Shown: positions 1-14,427, numbered from the stretch's first letter. The stretch: DNA of 64,000 nt from Eledone cirrhosa (GCA_964016885.1 OZ024747.1:24366001-24430000); one strand, 5' to 3'. Notes: generated by a model from the letters alone, not told the origin. Numbers and translations are program-made.

Positions 1-559
1 ACCTTTTACATACATATATACATACATACATATATATATATTTAATATCTTTAAAACACACTGCCTTATCCAGATTGTCAATATACAATATACAGTTTGT
101 GTAAACTGTAAATATTATTCGGTATCATGTTGCTGGTGGTGGTGGTGGGGAGGGGAAGAAGGATAGTATGATGACAGATTGCTACTAGACAACAATCACC
201 TGTCTTCATTTGTCATCTGCCAGATGTGATCAAGAAAGGATTATCCCCCACATTACTCTTCAATCCTATATATATATATTACATATATACATGGTGGCTG
301 CCAACTCGTTTTCGAGTACGGCCACTACTTTATATCCATGTAGGAGAACCCCTACCGATGCGCTGACGAGTGTGACTTTTTAGTCCAGCCAGCGACTTGA
401 AAACTCTGGTACAAACACTACACCTGTGACAATTATTGATACATAGTGCTGGGCCCATGGTACAATGTGACGACAAGTGCAGAGAGATCTTCAGATATAA
501 AGCAATGCCTGTGCCGTGAAGCTTTTATAGTGAGCAAAGGCACTGCACAAAGCCAGTCC

Positions 560-850
560 CACTCTCTTAACCAAGATGATATTTACCAAAAAGAAGAACA
601 AGTCAACATCATTGGATACCATCAGGGTTGCAGGTGTTATATCAGAGTTTTCCTTCTCCTAGAATTCTGCCTTAACAAAGGCTAAGGGGTCATCTCTCCC
701 GATGATTTTGGATGGCCATTGACTCTTAAGAGCTCCTTTGCCCTTTGACAGGTTTTGTTTTTAGTCCTGCAGGATGTGCAAAGTCACCCTCCTCACCAAG
801 AAACCTTGGTGGGGTAGCCAGTTTAGTCGCCAACGACCCGACCATGAGAC
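560..850 (-). mobile_element. Probable retroposon (RTE-like 5' region) fragment
   Basis: GC-richer block between microsatellites containing gagttttccttctcctag..gccttaacaaaggct, a motif I associate with RTE-related repeats. Family not confirmed. Confidence 0.4.
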
Positions 851-885
851 ATATATACATACATATATATACACACACACATATG

Positions 886-941
<56 letters not shown>

Positions 942-997
942 ATATATATATACGATATTAACAAATGGAAACTATATTTATAAAACCATATTTATTT

Positions 998-1053
998 CAT
1001 TATACATATTTCAAGGACACCAAGTTAAATTATGGTGTGCTTTCATCAGATAA
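998..1053 (-). ncRNA. Hammerhead motif in a short pLTR-like element (~952-1055) next to (TA)n
   Basis: CTGATGA-AAGCACACCA-taatttaact-TGGTGTCCTT-GAAA-TATG-TA. A homologous copy lies at 22.3-22.4 kb. Confidence 0.65.
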
Positions 1054-1621
1054 ACCCACTACCACTGCTTCCAATCTGATAAATATTCTTCCTTCCTTCC
1101 ATCATACCACTTATATGTATATGACTAGGTCAGATGTGTTTATACCATGTAAATCCTATCAGAAACACCATCTATGCTGCTAGCCACCACTCCCCTCCCT
1201 AAGGCCACTGCATTTAACATCTACCACCCAACACTTTTCTTTCTCTCTTTCTCACTCTTCCACCCCTTCTACATTCCAACTCAATCTGTTTTTCCCATCA
1301 TATTCTTGCACCCCTCGTCCAGGTTCTTCTATTTATTAACCTCCTGGTCATACAGCCTTGATAAATATTGGATACAATAAATATTAGCCTTACAAAATTC
1401 AAGTATTTAAATCAACACTAGTGCTGATGATACTATAAAATGCACCCAGTACACTCTGTAAAATGGCAGATCTGGTGCAATGAGAAAATAGTCCCAGTAA
1501 ACTCTGCAAAATGATAATGTTGGCACTACAATAAAATGCACTCTGTAGACGTAGAAAATGTGCAGTTTGGGATGACCCTTTATAGTTGTGTATATTGTTA
1601 TATATATTATATATGTACGTT

Positions 1622-1656
<35 letters not shown>

Positions 1657-3123
1657 TACATGTGTACACATGGGTGTGCATGTGTGTATGTATGCGTACA
1701 CTTGTCTTTCTTAATATAAGATGGCTTTTGTAGTATATTTATTGTACTTCTGACATGTGGCTTTGTCTTCAGCTCTGCACTTACAATAGATGTGCTATGA
1801 CAAGTTTTATAATAGATTGTTATAGTATTGCACATTGTACTTGTTATATGTAAACATGTGAACTTGAAGTGAACATACAATTCTTAGTTGAATATCAAGA
1901 AAGTATGGCATTAAAAATTCCACTGAACTTTGAGTTGGTTGTATATCTTTAATTTTTTCTTTTACAATGAAACGTTAGAAATCATGACAATTTTCAGAAA
2001 CAACAATCTATAAAGCAAAGTTAAATATAAATTTAACTTAAAATTTATTTTCGACAACCAGCTTTTCAAAACAAGACAATGGTTTTCAACTTACCATTTT
2101 TTGGTAACTGCTAAAAATACAGAATTTTCACTGGATTTCATCTGATGCATGCTTCTGCAAAGAAAGATATAAACATGAAATTAAATTTATTTAAATCTTG
2201 TTGAACTTTCAGAGAATTTCTGAGAAAAGCAACATTTCCTTTTGAAGTAACAAATTGAGAAAATGTATATTTTAGAAAAGATAGAGAAAACACACTGAAA
2301 TTGTTTATGTTTATCTTTATTGAAAGGTTATCAAGTTTCCATAATGTGGGAAATGTTCTGTTATAATCTTAATGTTATATCTCTCCTGAGGTGGCACCAG
2401 ATGTGGCAGAGATGGGGTGAAATGGGAAGTTTATATGTTGGGTGGGTGGAAAATTATATATTTTCAAATCATGATAGATCTATCATGAAGCCCACACACA
2501 CACATATATATATATATATTAATATTTTCCTATATATATATATATATATAAATATTTTCATATATATATAGGAATGAAAAATGGCGTGCTGTGTTGTTGC
2601 GAATGTGACACATATGAAGTAAAAATTAGAAAAAGAAGCCAGGACTATCCATCATCAGTGATCTACTAGCCATCATAGGTATTTCAGATACCTCCGGCGA
2701 GCGTGAACAATAACTAAAATAAGTTATTGGGATAAAAAGAATTGGGTGAAGAAAGAGAGACAGGTGAACAAACAAGAATGGTGAGGCAACGTAAAGAGAG
2801 GAAAAATGAGAAAATCAAGTCAGTGATTCAATTGAACATAAGAACGTGCGAACATTGACGAGACGACAAAAGACCATCCGTACCGTTCGAAAAGTGAGCA
2901 AGAAAAGAATTTGTACAGTGCCGGACATTGGAGGAAGTGAGAGAGGGTGAGTAGCAGAGAATGAGTGAGTGAAAGTGTGAGGAAGGGGCTAGCCGAGAGA
3001 AGGTGACTAGCAGAGGGGGAGAATGAAAGTAAGAGGGAGAAGGAGAGAGAAGGGGGAGAGAGAAAGAGGATAGCAGTAAGGGAAGAGAAAGGGGCAGAAA
3101 TTTTCCTATATATATATATATAT

Positions 3124-3395
3124 AGAAACCCTGCATTTGGATTTTACCATCAATTCCATTTAGGTCCAGGTCGATTTTTATCATTTATTTTGTTTGACCT
3201 GTTTAGCTTGATTTGTTTTTTGGCTTAGGTGGTTAATGCCTTCTTGACCACTTTTTCAGTTTGTATGGCATTTTAACATATTGTTTAGCTCTAGTTTTCT
3301 TAACTATTGGAGCGCTTGCCAGCATGTCTACGATCTTGCGTTTCATTTCGCTTTTTCTACCAGCCGAAATACGATTCTCGCTGAATTTATATTTA
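3124..3395 (+). mobile_element. Diverged fragment of the 59.0-59.8 kb element family
   Basis: agaaacc..tggattttaccatc..ggtcc.gg..ttgtttgacc..ttttttggct..agctct.gtt..gccgaa..cgattctcg is colinear with 59512-59770. Flanked by (TA)n. Confidence 0.65.
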
Positions 3396-4262
3396 TATAT
3401 ATATAGGAAAATATTTATAAAAAGATGAAGATACACTTTGTGTTTATATATATACATGTAAATTTACAGTTCACCAGGAAAAGAAATTAGTTAATACAAA
3501 ATAAATTATATATATATATTTTTAAAAAGTGTGATTTTCAGAAATAACCATAGTTATCTAGTGTTTTTTTTTTAAACTTACCACTTTTGAACTATGAACA
3601 GCTTTTCAGAGTTTCCTTTTCAAGGTTACATTTGTACTTGTGTTGTGTATCTAGTTTTAAAATTGTGGTTTGTTTTGAGAGTGCAAAGCGGTATACCATA
3701 ATTACAGATCCTGAAGTTACTAAATGCAACTGACCAAACTGCAGCAGAATCAGTTCCCGTCCCACCCTTGCAAGCAGGGAAAAAGCGGACGTAAAATGAA
3801 ATGATGATATATATAAACACTTTAAAACAAACAGTATTCTTTTGAAAAACCAATAGCATTTAGAATGGGCTCCAAGATAAAAAAAAATCATTGTTTACTT
3901 TTGATGGTTTTGAAACCAGGCCACAGATTCGACAGAAAAAAAAAATGACAAAAAGATGTTCTTGCTACCTAACAGTATTGTCTTCCATAAATGATACTGG
4001 CAGAAACTAATACCTGTCTTCATAGTATTAATGTTCTATGTTACATGTTGTCTACAACAGAATTCTTTCATCGTTTACTAAATTAATAATACATCAATGT
4101 AGCTCTTCATTTAGAATCACTTTTTAATTAACATCCTCATAGTTTATACTATATATTTCTATATCTTTATTATACATTATGTTTTGCACAACATTATTAT
4201 ATTAATCAATTTCTCGTTACACACACACACATATATATATATAATATAATATCATCACCATC

Positions 4263-4344
<82 letters not shown>

Positions 4345-4756
4345 TGAGAAGAAATAAGAATATCCATTTTATGTAGGTTAATTTATGTTTGTATAAAATG
4401 AATATTGCGAACAAAAAAATGGAAGAGGCAACTTACTGGTTAATTGTGCTCAAGTTTTTCCTAGTACCCTGTTTACATTATATATATATACTGTACGAAA
4501 GGGCATCCAGTAGTTAGTTATAAGAAGGATGTTCATGCACAGACCTTCACACAGATTAGAAAAGTATATACACATTGTGTATTTGGTTTAGAATAGGTAC
4601 ACTCTATTTTTGAATGTTGTAAGAGGCATCTAAAAGGGTTGATGCCTGGAAGAACACTTATATGTAAATCATTGTTTCAAAAATGTCTCTACGATGAGTA
4701 TAAAATCTATTGCGTGGATCACAAAATTAACCCCTGATTTGGCAAAGAAAGTAGCT

Positions 4757-4980
4757 TTAACCCTTTAACATTTACATTATTCTAAATTTACTATTGTGTT
4801 TTCATGATAAAGGCTTTACTTCATAATTATCTCACATAATATCGAATCTATGAAATTTTGATATTTATTTTGAGAAAAATATCTTAAAGTCAGTATGAGG
4901 GGCCAGTTATGGTCAGTTTGAACAGAAAGAGGTGAGGGAATTCTGGCTGGATATGACTGGTTTAAATGCTAAAGGGTTAA
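4757..4980. mobile_element. piggyBac-type MITE
   Basis: TTAA|CCCTTTAACATTTA...TAAATGCTAAAGGG|TTAA. A second copy lies at 14428-14656. Confidence 0.85.
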
Positions 4981-6189
4981 ACCAATTTTTTTTTTTTTTT
5001 TTTGTAGTTGTATATAGCAGATCCTTAGAATTAATAGATAAAAGACAAGATAAAATATATTGATGTAGTATACAATATTTTTTCATGTATATTACGAGAA
5101 ATTTTGAACTAAATTAAGGTTAAAAAGAGTATAATACAGGAGAACACATTTTCAGAAATTTCTATTGAGCTTAAAAATACTAAAATACCAATTTCATATG
5201 ATTACAAATATGTGTTGATAACAATTGTTTATAAAATACTAAACATCCAGTTGCTTTACATTCTTTAACATCATGGGAAGCTAAAATTTGTAGTGAGATG
5301 TGCGAAAATGAGATTTTGATGAATAACATAGCACAGTTTAGATAAAAACAACAAAACAAAAGAAAATAATTTACATAGACATGGCCGTACTATGAGATCA
5401 TACAAGGATGTAATTTATCCGCTTTTGTTTTGTTGTTTTTGCTTCAGAAACAGGTGCTATATATTACTCAAGTCGTATAATACACACAAAACAAATGGTA
5501 GTTTCATTTGTGCAGAGAGATCAGACTGAGGAAGTAGCTTGAGTCTGTTTGTCTGTCTGAATGACATTCTCACCATTCTCACTATTACAAGACATCTAAT
5601 GATTCTATTGAAGACATGTTATCATTACAAGGATAAGCAGTCTGAAAGTGTGATAAATAAACAGAAACATTTATAAGAAAGCCACTGTTACAGTTAAGTG
5701 GCTTCATCATTGAATGGACAACAATTTGATTCCCAGCATACCAATGTTAACTATATACAGTCTGCTAATATTAAATATACACACAAATGTTATTTAAACT
5801 ATATACACAGATGTCATTTAAACTATATTCACAAATGTTATTTAACTCTTTTCATATGAAACCTCCAGAAACTGCCATAATTTTATGAAAGAACTTTTGT
5901 TAAGTTATGTTCCAAAAACCAAGTTAATTATGAGAAAGTTAGTTATATTACTAAATCTACCCAAATTCTTGATTATTTTCAAAATTAGTGACTGTTTCTT
6001 TCATTAGAAATATGGTAAGAAAAGGATTAATGAATTTGTGTCTGCTATCAGTACTTCCCACCTTAATATGACAGTAATTATATTGTTTTCATCTTCACCC
6101 AATTAACATTACACAGCAGGAGACAGTGACTAACAAGCTGTTTCTCATGTTAACTTTCTCATGGAAAAGGACAGAAAACAGAATTGTTT

Positions 6190-6475
6190 AATTGATGGCT
6201 TTTTGATTGAATGTATTATGGATTTAACTGATGGTTTCCCTAGGTTGACCAGATTATGGGCTTAACTGATGGCCTCTTGGTTGACTGGGTTGTGGGTTTA
6301 ACTTAGGGTTGACTGGGTATGAGTTTAAGAGACGGCTTCTTGATTTACAGGATTATGAGTTTAAGAGATAGTTCCTAGGTTGACTCGGTTATGGGCTTAA
6401 CTGATGGCCTTCTGGTTGACTGGGTTGTGGGTTTAACTTAGGGTTGACTAGGTTATGGGTTTCACAGATGGCCCA
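6190..6475. repeat. Degenerate ~35-bp tandem repeat
   Basis: ggttgact.ggttatggg.ttaactgatgg. Confidence 0.75.
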
Positions 6476-7129
6476 GTCCAACTTGTAAGTGGTAGTGCTA
6501 GGGCTATGCCAAATCGTATTCAGTCCACCCTCCAAGATGGTAGTGCTGGAGTCATGATAAAATGCTCCCAGTACAACCTGTAAAGTGGTTGACATAAGGA
6601 AGGGTATCCAGCTGTAGAAATCAAGCCCAAAACGGAAAAAATGAGCAAAATGTGATCACCTGACCTGTTTAGCCTCAGAATGTGTCAACCCATTTAATCT
6701 ATGCAAGCATGGAAAATAGACATTAAACAGTGATTATGATGATGATGATAATGATAATGGTGACGTGAATGTTCCATTATAGAAGAACTACCACCTCCAC
6801 AGATTTGGCTTTGAGAAATAATGATTTTATAATCCATTCACTGATAGGGCTCTTGTGTTTATGGATGTGACAACAGATGTAGTGATTTGAGAAAGATAGA
6901 TTAATTGGGAGAAGAAGAAGAAGAAGAAGAAGAAGAAGACGAAGAAGTGGTGAAATAAGAAAATAAGAGAATTTATGAAAGGTATATAGAAAGAGAGGGT
7001 GGGAGGGAGGAGAGAAGGTGTAACAGTTTGTTAATTATGATGTAATAACAATCGACATTGATATCAACAGAGGGGGTTGGGATGGCTAATTAAATGTCAT
7101 AAGGATGGCAGTCACCAGCTGGTCTATAC

Positions 7130-8345
7130 ACATATATATGTGGGAAAGTAAATTAGTCACACACACACATATATGTGGGAAAGTAAATTTGTCACACACA
7201 CATACATGTATATATACACACACATACAAGTATATATATACACACATATATGTGGGAAAGTAAATTAATCAAACACACACATACATGTATATATATACAC
7301 ACACATATATGTGGGAAAGTAAATTAGTCAAACACAAACATACATGTATGTATACACACACATACATGTATATATATACACACACATATATGTGTGAAAG
7401 TAAATTAGTCAAACACAAACATACATGTATATATACACACACATACATGTATATATATATATACACACACATATATGTGGGAAAGTAAATTAGTCACACA
7501 CACATACATGTATATATATACACACACATACAAGTATATATATACACACACATACATGTATATATATCCACACACATATGTGGGAAAGTAAATTAGTCAC
7601 ACACAAACATACATGTATGTATACATACATATACATGTATATATATACATACACATATATGTGGGAAAGTAAATTAGTCACACACACACATACATGTATA
7701 TATATACACACACATATATGTGGGAAAGTAAATTAGTCACACACACATACATGTATATATATACACACACATATATGTGGGAAAGTAAATTAGTCAAACA
7801 CACACATACATGTATATATATACACACATACATGTATATATATATACACACACATATATGTGGGAAAGTAAATTAGTCACACACACATACATGTATATAT
7901 ATACACACACATACAAGTATATATATACACACACATATATGTGGGAAAGTAAATTAGTCAAACACACACATACATGTATATATATACACACATACATGTA
8001 TATATATACACACACATATATGTGGGAAAGTAAATTAGTCACACACATGTGGTTATATATACAAGTATACACATATGCTTATAGTTACACATACACTCAC
8101 ACACATTTTACGCATAGACATGTATATACTCACATCACACATATATAGACATATATATACACATATATATATATACACATATATACTCACACACACATAT
8201 ATATACACACATATATATGCACACATATATATATACACACATATATATATATACACACATATATACGCACACATATATATACACACATATATATATATGT
8301 ACACATCAGATACATGTATATATGGGAAACTAAATTAGTCATACA
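7130..8345. repeat. Constant ~24-bp motif interspersed with variable (CA/TA) microsatellite spacers
   Basis: atatgtgggaaagtaaattagtca occurs about 13 times, plus one degenerate copy. Confidence 0.92.
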
Positions 8346-9874
8346 CACACAAACATGTATATACACACATATGTGTAGTTAAATTTATCACATACACCCA
8401 CTTCCCCATCACACACACCTACATATGCATGTATACACATATTCACACATGCATATTTATACTTATACATACATCTAGGCACATACACACATTCATATAC
8501 ATATATATACACACACATACTCGTACATACATTCACTGACAGACCAACTTTCATGCACAAATGTATACACACACATACATATATACATACAACCTACATA
8601 TGCACACACACACACACACACACACACGGACTGATGAACATACACACACACACACACATAGACAGATATATAGACACAGAAGAATACATAGGACAGACAT
8701 ACAGACACAAGGACAGACATACAGACACAAAAAAACATACAATTAGACAAACACAGAGATACAGGGACACAGACAAGGACAGAGAGATGGACACACACAA
8801 GGACACAAAAGGTGTCATTATTGTCCAGTGATCAGTTTATAGCCAGGAGAAAAAAAGATTAAAAAAAAAACACCATCAATAACAGTAACAACAACATAAA
8901 CAATAACACCAATAACAGCAACAATAACACTAACAACAACAGCAGTAATAACACCACCAACAACAAAAACAATAACACCAATAACAACAAAAACAATAAC
9001 ACCACCAACAACAAAAACAATAACACCAATAACAACATAAACAATAATAACAACAAAAACAATAACACCAATAACAACTTAAACAATAATAAGAACAAAA
9101 ACAATAACACCAATAACAACTTAAACAATAACAGCAGCAACAATAGAATAGACCTCTGTTAGTTTCAATGGCAAGTGTTTCTTCACGGAACATCCTGCTC
9201 ATGAAATTAACATGTAAGTGGCTGAGCATTCTATAAATATATCTACCCTTAACATGATTCTCAAACAGATTCAGTGTGACACAGGTTGTAACAAGGTTGA
9301 TCCATTGAATTATATGTTCAATACATCTTGTGTTAACAAATAAGGGGGCTCAGTATTTCACAGACATGTATTTATAACATAATATTTTTAGGAAATTCAG
9401 CATCATACATGTGACAAAATTGGCCCTTTGAATTACAGTGAAAATGGCAGAGATTTCCACAGATACATGTATCCTAAACATTATGCTCAGGAAGATTCAG
9501 TGTGACAAAGTTGGACTTTGCATTACAGGTACAGTCCATCTGACAGGCTTCTAAACAGTTTCCATCTACCCAATTTCATTCACAAGGCTTGTGTCAACCA
9601 ATAGCTTTGGTAAATGACAATTACCCAAGATGCCACGCAGTGGGATTGTACCCTGGAGCTTAAGATTGTGAAGCAAACTTCTTAACCATTCAGCCAGGCT
9701 GTGTCCATGAGCAGTAACAATAACACCAACAACAATAACAAGCAAAGGAAATGATTGTTAGATTGGACCAAGAAAATTATGTTTCCCTAGATATTTCTAT
9801 TGTTGATACTGTCTGTTGGTCACAGCTCCTGGCAGAAGAAGCAACAAGAAATAATATATCTTGCTAAAGACCAT

Positions 9875-10070
9875 AACAGGTCTCCCAGCTCAGGAATTGA
9901 ACCTATGACCTTATGATCATAACGCCAACACCTTAACCAATAGGCCACGTTTTTAGCAATAATAGTAACATCAACAACAAAAATAACAGGTCTCCCAACC
10001 CAGGAATTGAACCCACGACCTTATGATTGTAAGTCCAACACCTTAACCAATAGGCCACGTTTTTAACAAT
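9875..10070 (-). repeat. Tandem pair of tRNA-like SINE heads (~110-bp period)
   Basis: Minus strand gtggcctattggttaaggtgttgg...ggttcaattcc (A and B boxes) occurs twice. Confidence 0.7.
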
Positions 10071-11683
10071 AACAACAACAGCAACAACAAAAATGACACA
10101 AACAATACCAACAATAACTACAATAGCAACATTAACAACAACAACAACAATAACAACTTAACAAAGACTTCATCATGAAACACAAACCAAAACAAAATAT
10201 GAAATAACACAAAACAACCCAATAATAGCCATAGATTTGTTGGCAATCAAATTGAGAGAAAAAAAAATTTGAATATCACTTTTGTGTGAGAATGGCATTC
10301 TGTGGAACTGGGACTGAAGACAATGGTGTCATTTCTTCTTTCTTCTTGTAAATCACTAGATGTAATCATAGTTAATCTAAATACTCAGAAGAAGTCCGCA
10401 GACTGCTGCAGCTGCTTTCTTTGGATGGAATTATCTAGAAATTATAATTATACTTGTCTGGCCAACATACTATTATTATATATACATACTAGTACATGAC
10501 ATGTTGTTGTGTTACAGATGGAGTGAGGAAGTAATATTCTACAAATTGTGCAGTTTGTAACAAAGCTATGTTTGTGAATTGTGTACATATACATATGTGT
10601 GTGTGTGTATGTGTGTGTGGATGTGTGTGTGTATATGTATATATATATGTACATATATATGTGTGTGTATATACATATGTATATATGTGTATATATATAT
10701 ATATCTCGTATATATATATTTATATGTATGTAATGGTGAGATAGACACGTTTTGTCAAGGCTTATAATGTGGAATTATGTAACTGCTTTCGATTTTCACT
10801 ATATCACTATCAATATCATCATGGTTCATTTCACCCTTTGAAACAATCGTAAAGCAATGATCTAATTAAGTATTGTGAGTTATGTGATACGTGATAAGAA
10901 CTTCAAAAAGCCAATAAAATGTGATAAAAAAATATATACTAAGGTGATACTGGGGTAAAGGAGCACAAATAAAACTAAATAAAATGTTTTTTTGCCCAGT
11001 ATATTTCATCATAATATTTCAAGGTAAATTATCTGTGAAACATGTAGCAATCGATATACAACCAAAACATTTTAAAATGAAACTTTGTTATATCATACTT
11101 CATATATACACTCTGGTATAGTCTTGAGTGCTCACATTGGTGCCACCTCTGGTAATCAAATCAACACAATTACTGAATAACCTACATACATATATATAGA
11201 GAGAGAAAGAGAGAGATTTTTGGCAAAGAATATTTTTGACAGAGCCCCTCCTTTTTCTCTTACAATTATGTTCCATAAATTTAGAATATTTGTGATAGAT
11301 CATAGGTCAGGATTAGTAAGTATGAAGCCTCTCATGAGTCTTGCGAAGCTAACCCCTACCTTAGCACAGAAAATGGACTTAAAACACGGGTTGATGTACA
11401 CTAGGTTGTAATTTGAGGTAAACTTGGCTGCTATTTCCAAGGAATCATATCACCATGTAGAGGGTAATTCATTGGTCCAAAAGGTGAGATTTTAGTTCCT
11501 GTTAAAGCAATATCACTTCAAATATGTTGTTACTAACTCCAGGAAATGATTGAAGACCTCAGAATCTCATTTTCTCACTTCTACAAATCAGGTGTTATGG
11601 TTTAAAAAGTACATTTGTTTTGTTTTACACTACTGCTTCAAATATCTTGTCATACCCATGTCAGTGTAGAAAATGATGATGAT

Positions 11684-11832
11684 GATAATTTCTACTATAG
11701 GCACAAGGCAAGCAATTATTGACCCCGTAAGGATGAAAGGCAAAGTTAACCTCGGAGGGATTTGAACTCAGACTGTAAAGAGCCATGCAGCATGTTGTCC
11801 GATACCCTACTGATACTGCCAATTCCCTGCCC
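11684..11832 (-). mobile_element. SINE, same family, internally deleted
   Basis: gaccccgtaaggatgaaaggcaaagttaacctcgg. Confidence 0.8.
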
Positions 11833-12064
11833 AATGATGATGACAATGATGATAATAATGATGATGATGATGACTAATGATAATCATTACCATTTTATGA
11901 CCATGTTTCCATGCTGACATGGATTGGAGAGGTCGTTACAGACAAGGTCAGTTTTAATCTTCCTTACATAGGTTCACTTTTGGCATTCTTTCTACAGCTG
12001 GATCCCTTTCCTAATGGCAATCACTTTACAGAGGAAAGTGTTATAAAGAAAAAGAACCACTTAC

Positions 12065-12255
12065 CTGCAAACTTGCTCTGAGTCCAATATTTTCGTCTGC
12101 CGTTGATCGATGATAACAATATCATAATGACACTCCCTGTAACACTCGACAGCAGCTTCAGCAGATCGCACCACATAGATTTCATATTTCAGACGACTGG
12201 CAGCCATGTGGAAGGCATCACACTGTGAATCTTCCTTTGGGAACACAAGCAGCAC
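12065..12255 (-). CDS. PDE8: Internal coding exon (191 nt) of a PDE8-family cAMP phosphodiesterase, REC (receiver-like) domain
   Basis: Translates VLLVFPKEDSQCDAFHMAASRLKYEIYVVRSAEAAVECYRECHYDIVIIDQRQTKILDSEQVC(R). This resembles the PDE8 REC segment VLLVF.KED.Q...HDIIIID.R....DAE.LCR, recognised from memory. Acceptor ttcctatttgcag|GTG, donor TGCAG|gtaagt, phases 0 and 2. Confidence 0.9.
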
Positions 12256-12384
12256 CTGCAAATAGGAACAATGGTTACAGCACTTAGATATTTATTTGAT
12301 AAGAGAGTTATATTCTAATACCAGTAATATACTGAGATTTGGTGACTGGATATTGAAGCAAACAGTTACAAGCAACTAAAATAA

Positions 12385-12600
12385 TGATTTCTATTATAGG
12401 CACAAGGCCAGTAATTTGGTGGGAGGGGAAAGTCGATTAAATCGACCCCAGTGCATGACGGTACTTTATTTTATCGACCCCATAAGGATGAAAGGCAAAG
12501 TTAACCTCGGCAGGATTTGAACTCAGACAGTAAAGGGACGTAACTCTATGTTGCAAAGCATGGTGCCCAGCTCTCTACTGATACTGCCAATCTACCCCTC
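12385..12600 (-). mobile_element. SINE, same family
   Basis: Reverse complement of the 17254 SINE, with imperfect TSD tacaa.caactaa.ataatga. Confidence 0.85.
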
Positions 12601-13909
12601 TACAAACAACTAAGATAATGAAAATATACACAGCATCTGGAATATAACTCTCTTATCAAATAGGTACATACCAGTAACATACTGGACTTTCGTGACTATA
12701 CTAACATGTTTAGATCTTGAAGTAAACAATTAGAAGCAACCAAAATAGGGATAACGTATACAGCACTTGGAATATAAGCATGTTACCAAATAAGTACAAA
12801 CTAGAAAAATATATGAATGCAATCACTATTAATAACAAATATGATGTGTTGGTTGGTACTGAAGTTTCACCAAGGCAATGGCTGAAACATACAGTGAAGA
12901 TTTTTTATTTATGTCTGGCAATATATAGAGAAAATAATTTAGAGGTGTGTGGAGGTAGGAGGAAAGGATGGTTTATTTTGAAAGTAAAAAGTAAATTGTA
13001 AAAAGTAAGGTGTTTATTTTGGATGCTGGGGGTAGATGTTGTTTAAAATGCGGTTAATTATTTTCAACGGGCTTTAGATTGCAGGTGGATTGAAGATTTA
13101 AAAAAATCAAACAAAATAAATAGAATAAAAACAAATTTAGCCCTTCATTTTCATCATCATCAGTTTTATGTCTGTCTTGAGGGCTGGGTGCTTTTTATCA
13201 TGATAAACCCTTCTTAGGTCCATCTAGGGTCGATAAAATAATATATCAGTTATGTTCTGGTGTCAATATAAACAATTACCCCTCCCCCAAATCATTGGCC
13301 ATATGCCTAAATTAGAACCCATAATTATTATTATGACCCAGACATTGGAGTAATTTCAGATAAGATTCAAAGCCAAAATCTACATTGAGTAAGAAAAAAA
13401 GTTTGCTAAATTCATGTTTTCTTGTATGTATTTTTGTTTATAACAAATTATGTGGCTCCGATAGTCTCAATTATTATTTGTTTTTATAGCTAAAAATGGC
13501 TGCTTAAGTTGAAGATATTTCCAACCCCTGTTCTAGGAGGACTTCCAAGTATTGGAACAATTTCCTCTGTTCTTGAAGTAAGAGGAAATAATTCTTCATT
13601 TGTACCAAATTGTTTCCTCAACTGACTGCTTGCTCCAGTCCACCACCACCACCACCACCTCATCCTGTATCGTAATGTTTCATCTTTGTTTCTATTACAT
13701 CATCAGCATCAGTCCCCTGCCAGTGGTGTTGTTATGGAAACAAATATGTCATGTGGCTACTATACCTTTTAGAATCATGAATAAGTCAACTATAAGTCAG
13801 CTAGGAAGAGCATCAAGCTATGTTCCTTCAAATGTTTCCTTACTACTGAGCAGAATGTTTGATGCTTTGAGCCCAAAATATTTTTAATTCAAAACTACTT
13901 TGCAGTAAC

Positions 13910-14046
13910 ATTTCAAAGCAACTGAGTGGCAACATATCAAAGCTACTGAATGGCAACAGTTCAGAGCAACTAAGTAGCAACACTTAGTGGCAACATTTCA
14001 AAGCTACTGAGTGGCAACATTTCATAGATACTAAGAGGCAACATTT
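13910..14046. repeat. 24-bp tandem repeat
   Basis: aaagctactgagtggcaacatttc. Confidence 0.8.
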
Positions 14047-14427
14047 TGGTGTGTGTGGTACTAATACAGTGACTGTGTGGCTGTGTAACTGTGAAGCTAA
14101 AAGGTAACATTGCCATTTAGCCATAGAAACCATGCCAAATATGGAACATGTAAGCAGGACATGATTCTCTGACCAGTCTAGTCACAACTTGTGATGACCT
14201 GTCAAGCCCATGCCACTATTGATGGAAAGCAGATGTAAATGAGATACATTATATCCTGCTAAAGAGTGCATATGCCTGTAGAATGATCAGCCACTTGCAC
14301 AGAACTGTTCCATTGTTCAAAGAACTGTAACACTTGTCATCAGAACCAACAGAGGTCTAATATTCCTTTACTGGTTTTAGTCATTCACTAGACAGCAGCC
14401 ATGCTGAGGCACTGCTTTGACAGAGAT

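Noticed and set aside
355-415. Hammerhead candidate CTGACGA...GAAAACTCTGGTA
   Set aside because: Stems I and II do not pair convincingly.
2571-3108. Hammerhead in a TA-flanked purine-rich element
   Set aside because: CTGATGA at ~2652 (minus) has no following GAAA, and TTGACGA..CGAAA at ~2856 lacks stems I and III. Probably a repeat, but unclassified.
7130-8345. CRISPR array
   Set aside because: The spacers are related microsatellite modules of very uneven length, there are no cas genes, and the context is eukaryotic.
9875-10070. tRNA genes
   Set aside because: A and B boxes are present but there is no proper acceptor stem or cloverleaf. These are SINE heads.
1-12064. Next downstream PDE8 exons
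   Set aside because: Candidates with splice-like ends near 11110-11181, 10290-10435, 4436-4468 and 1879-1946 gave no PDE8-like peptide. The exons are probably outside the window or too diverged to see.
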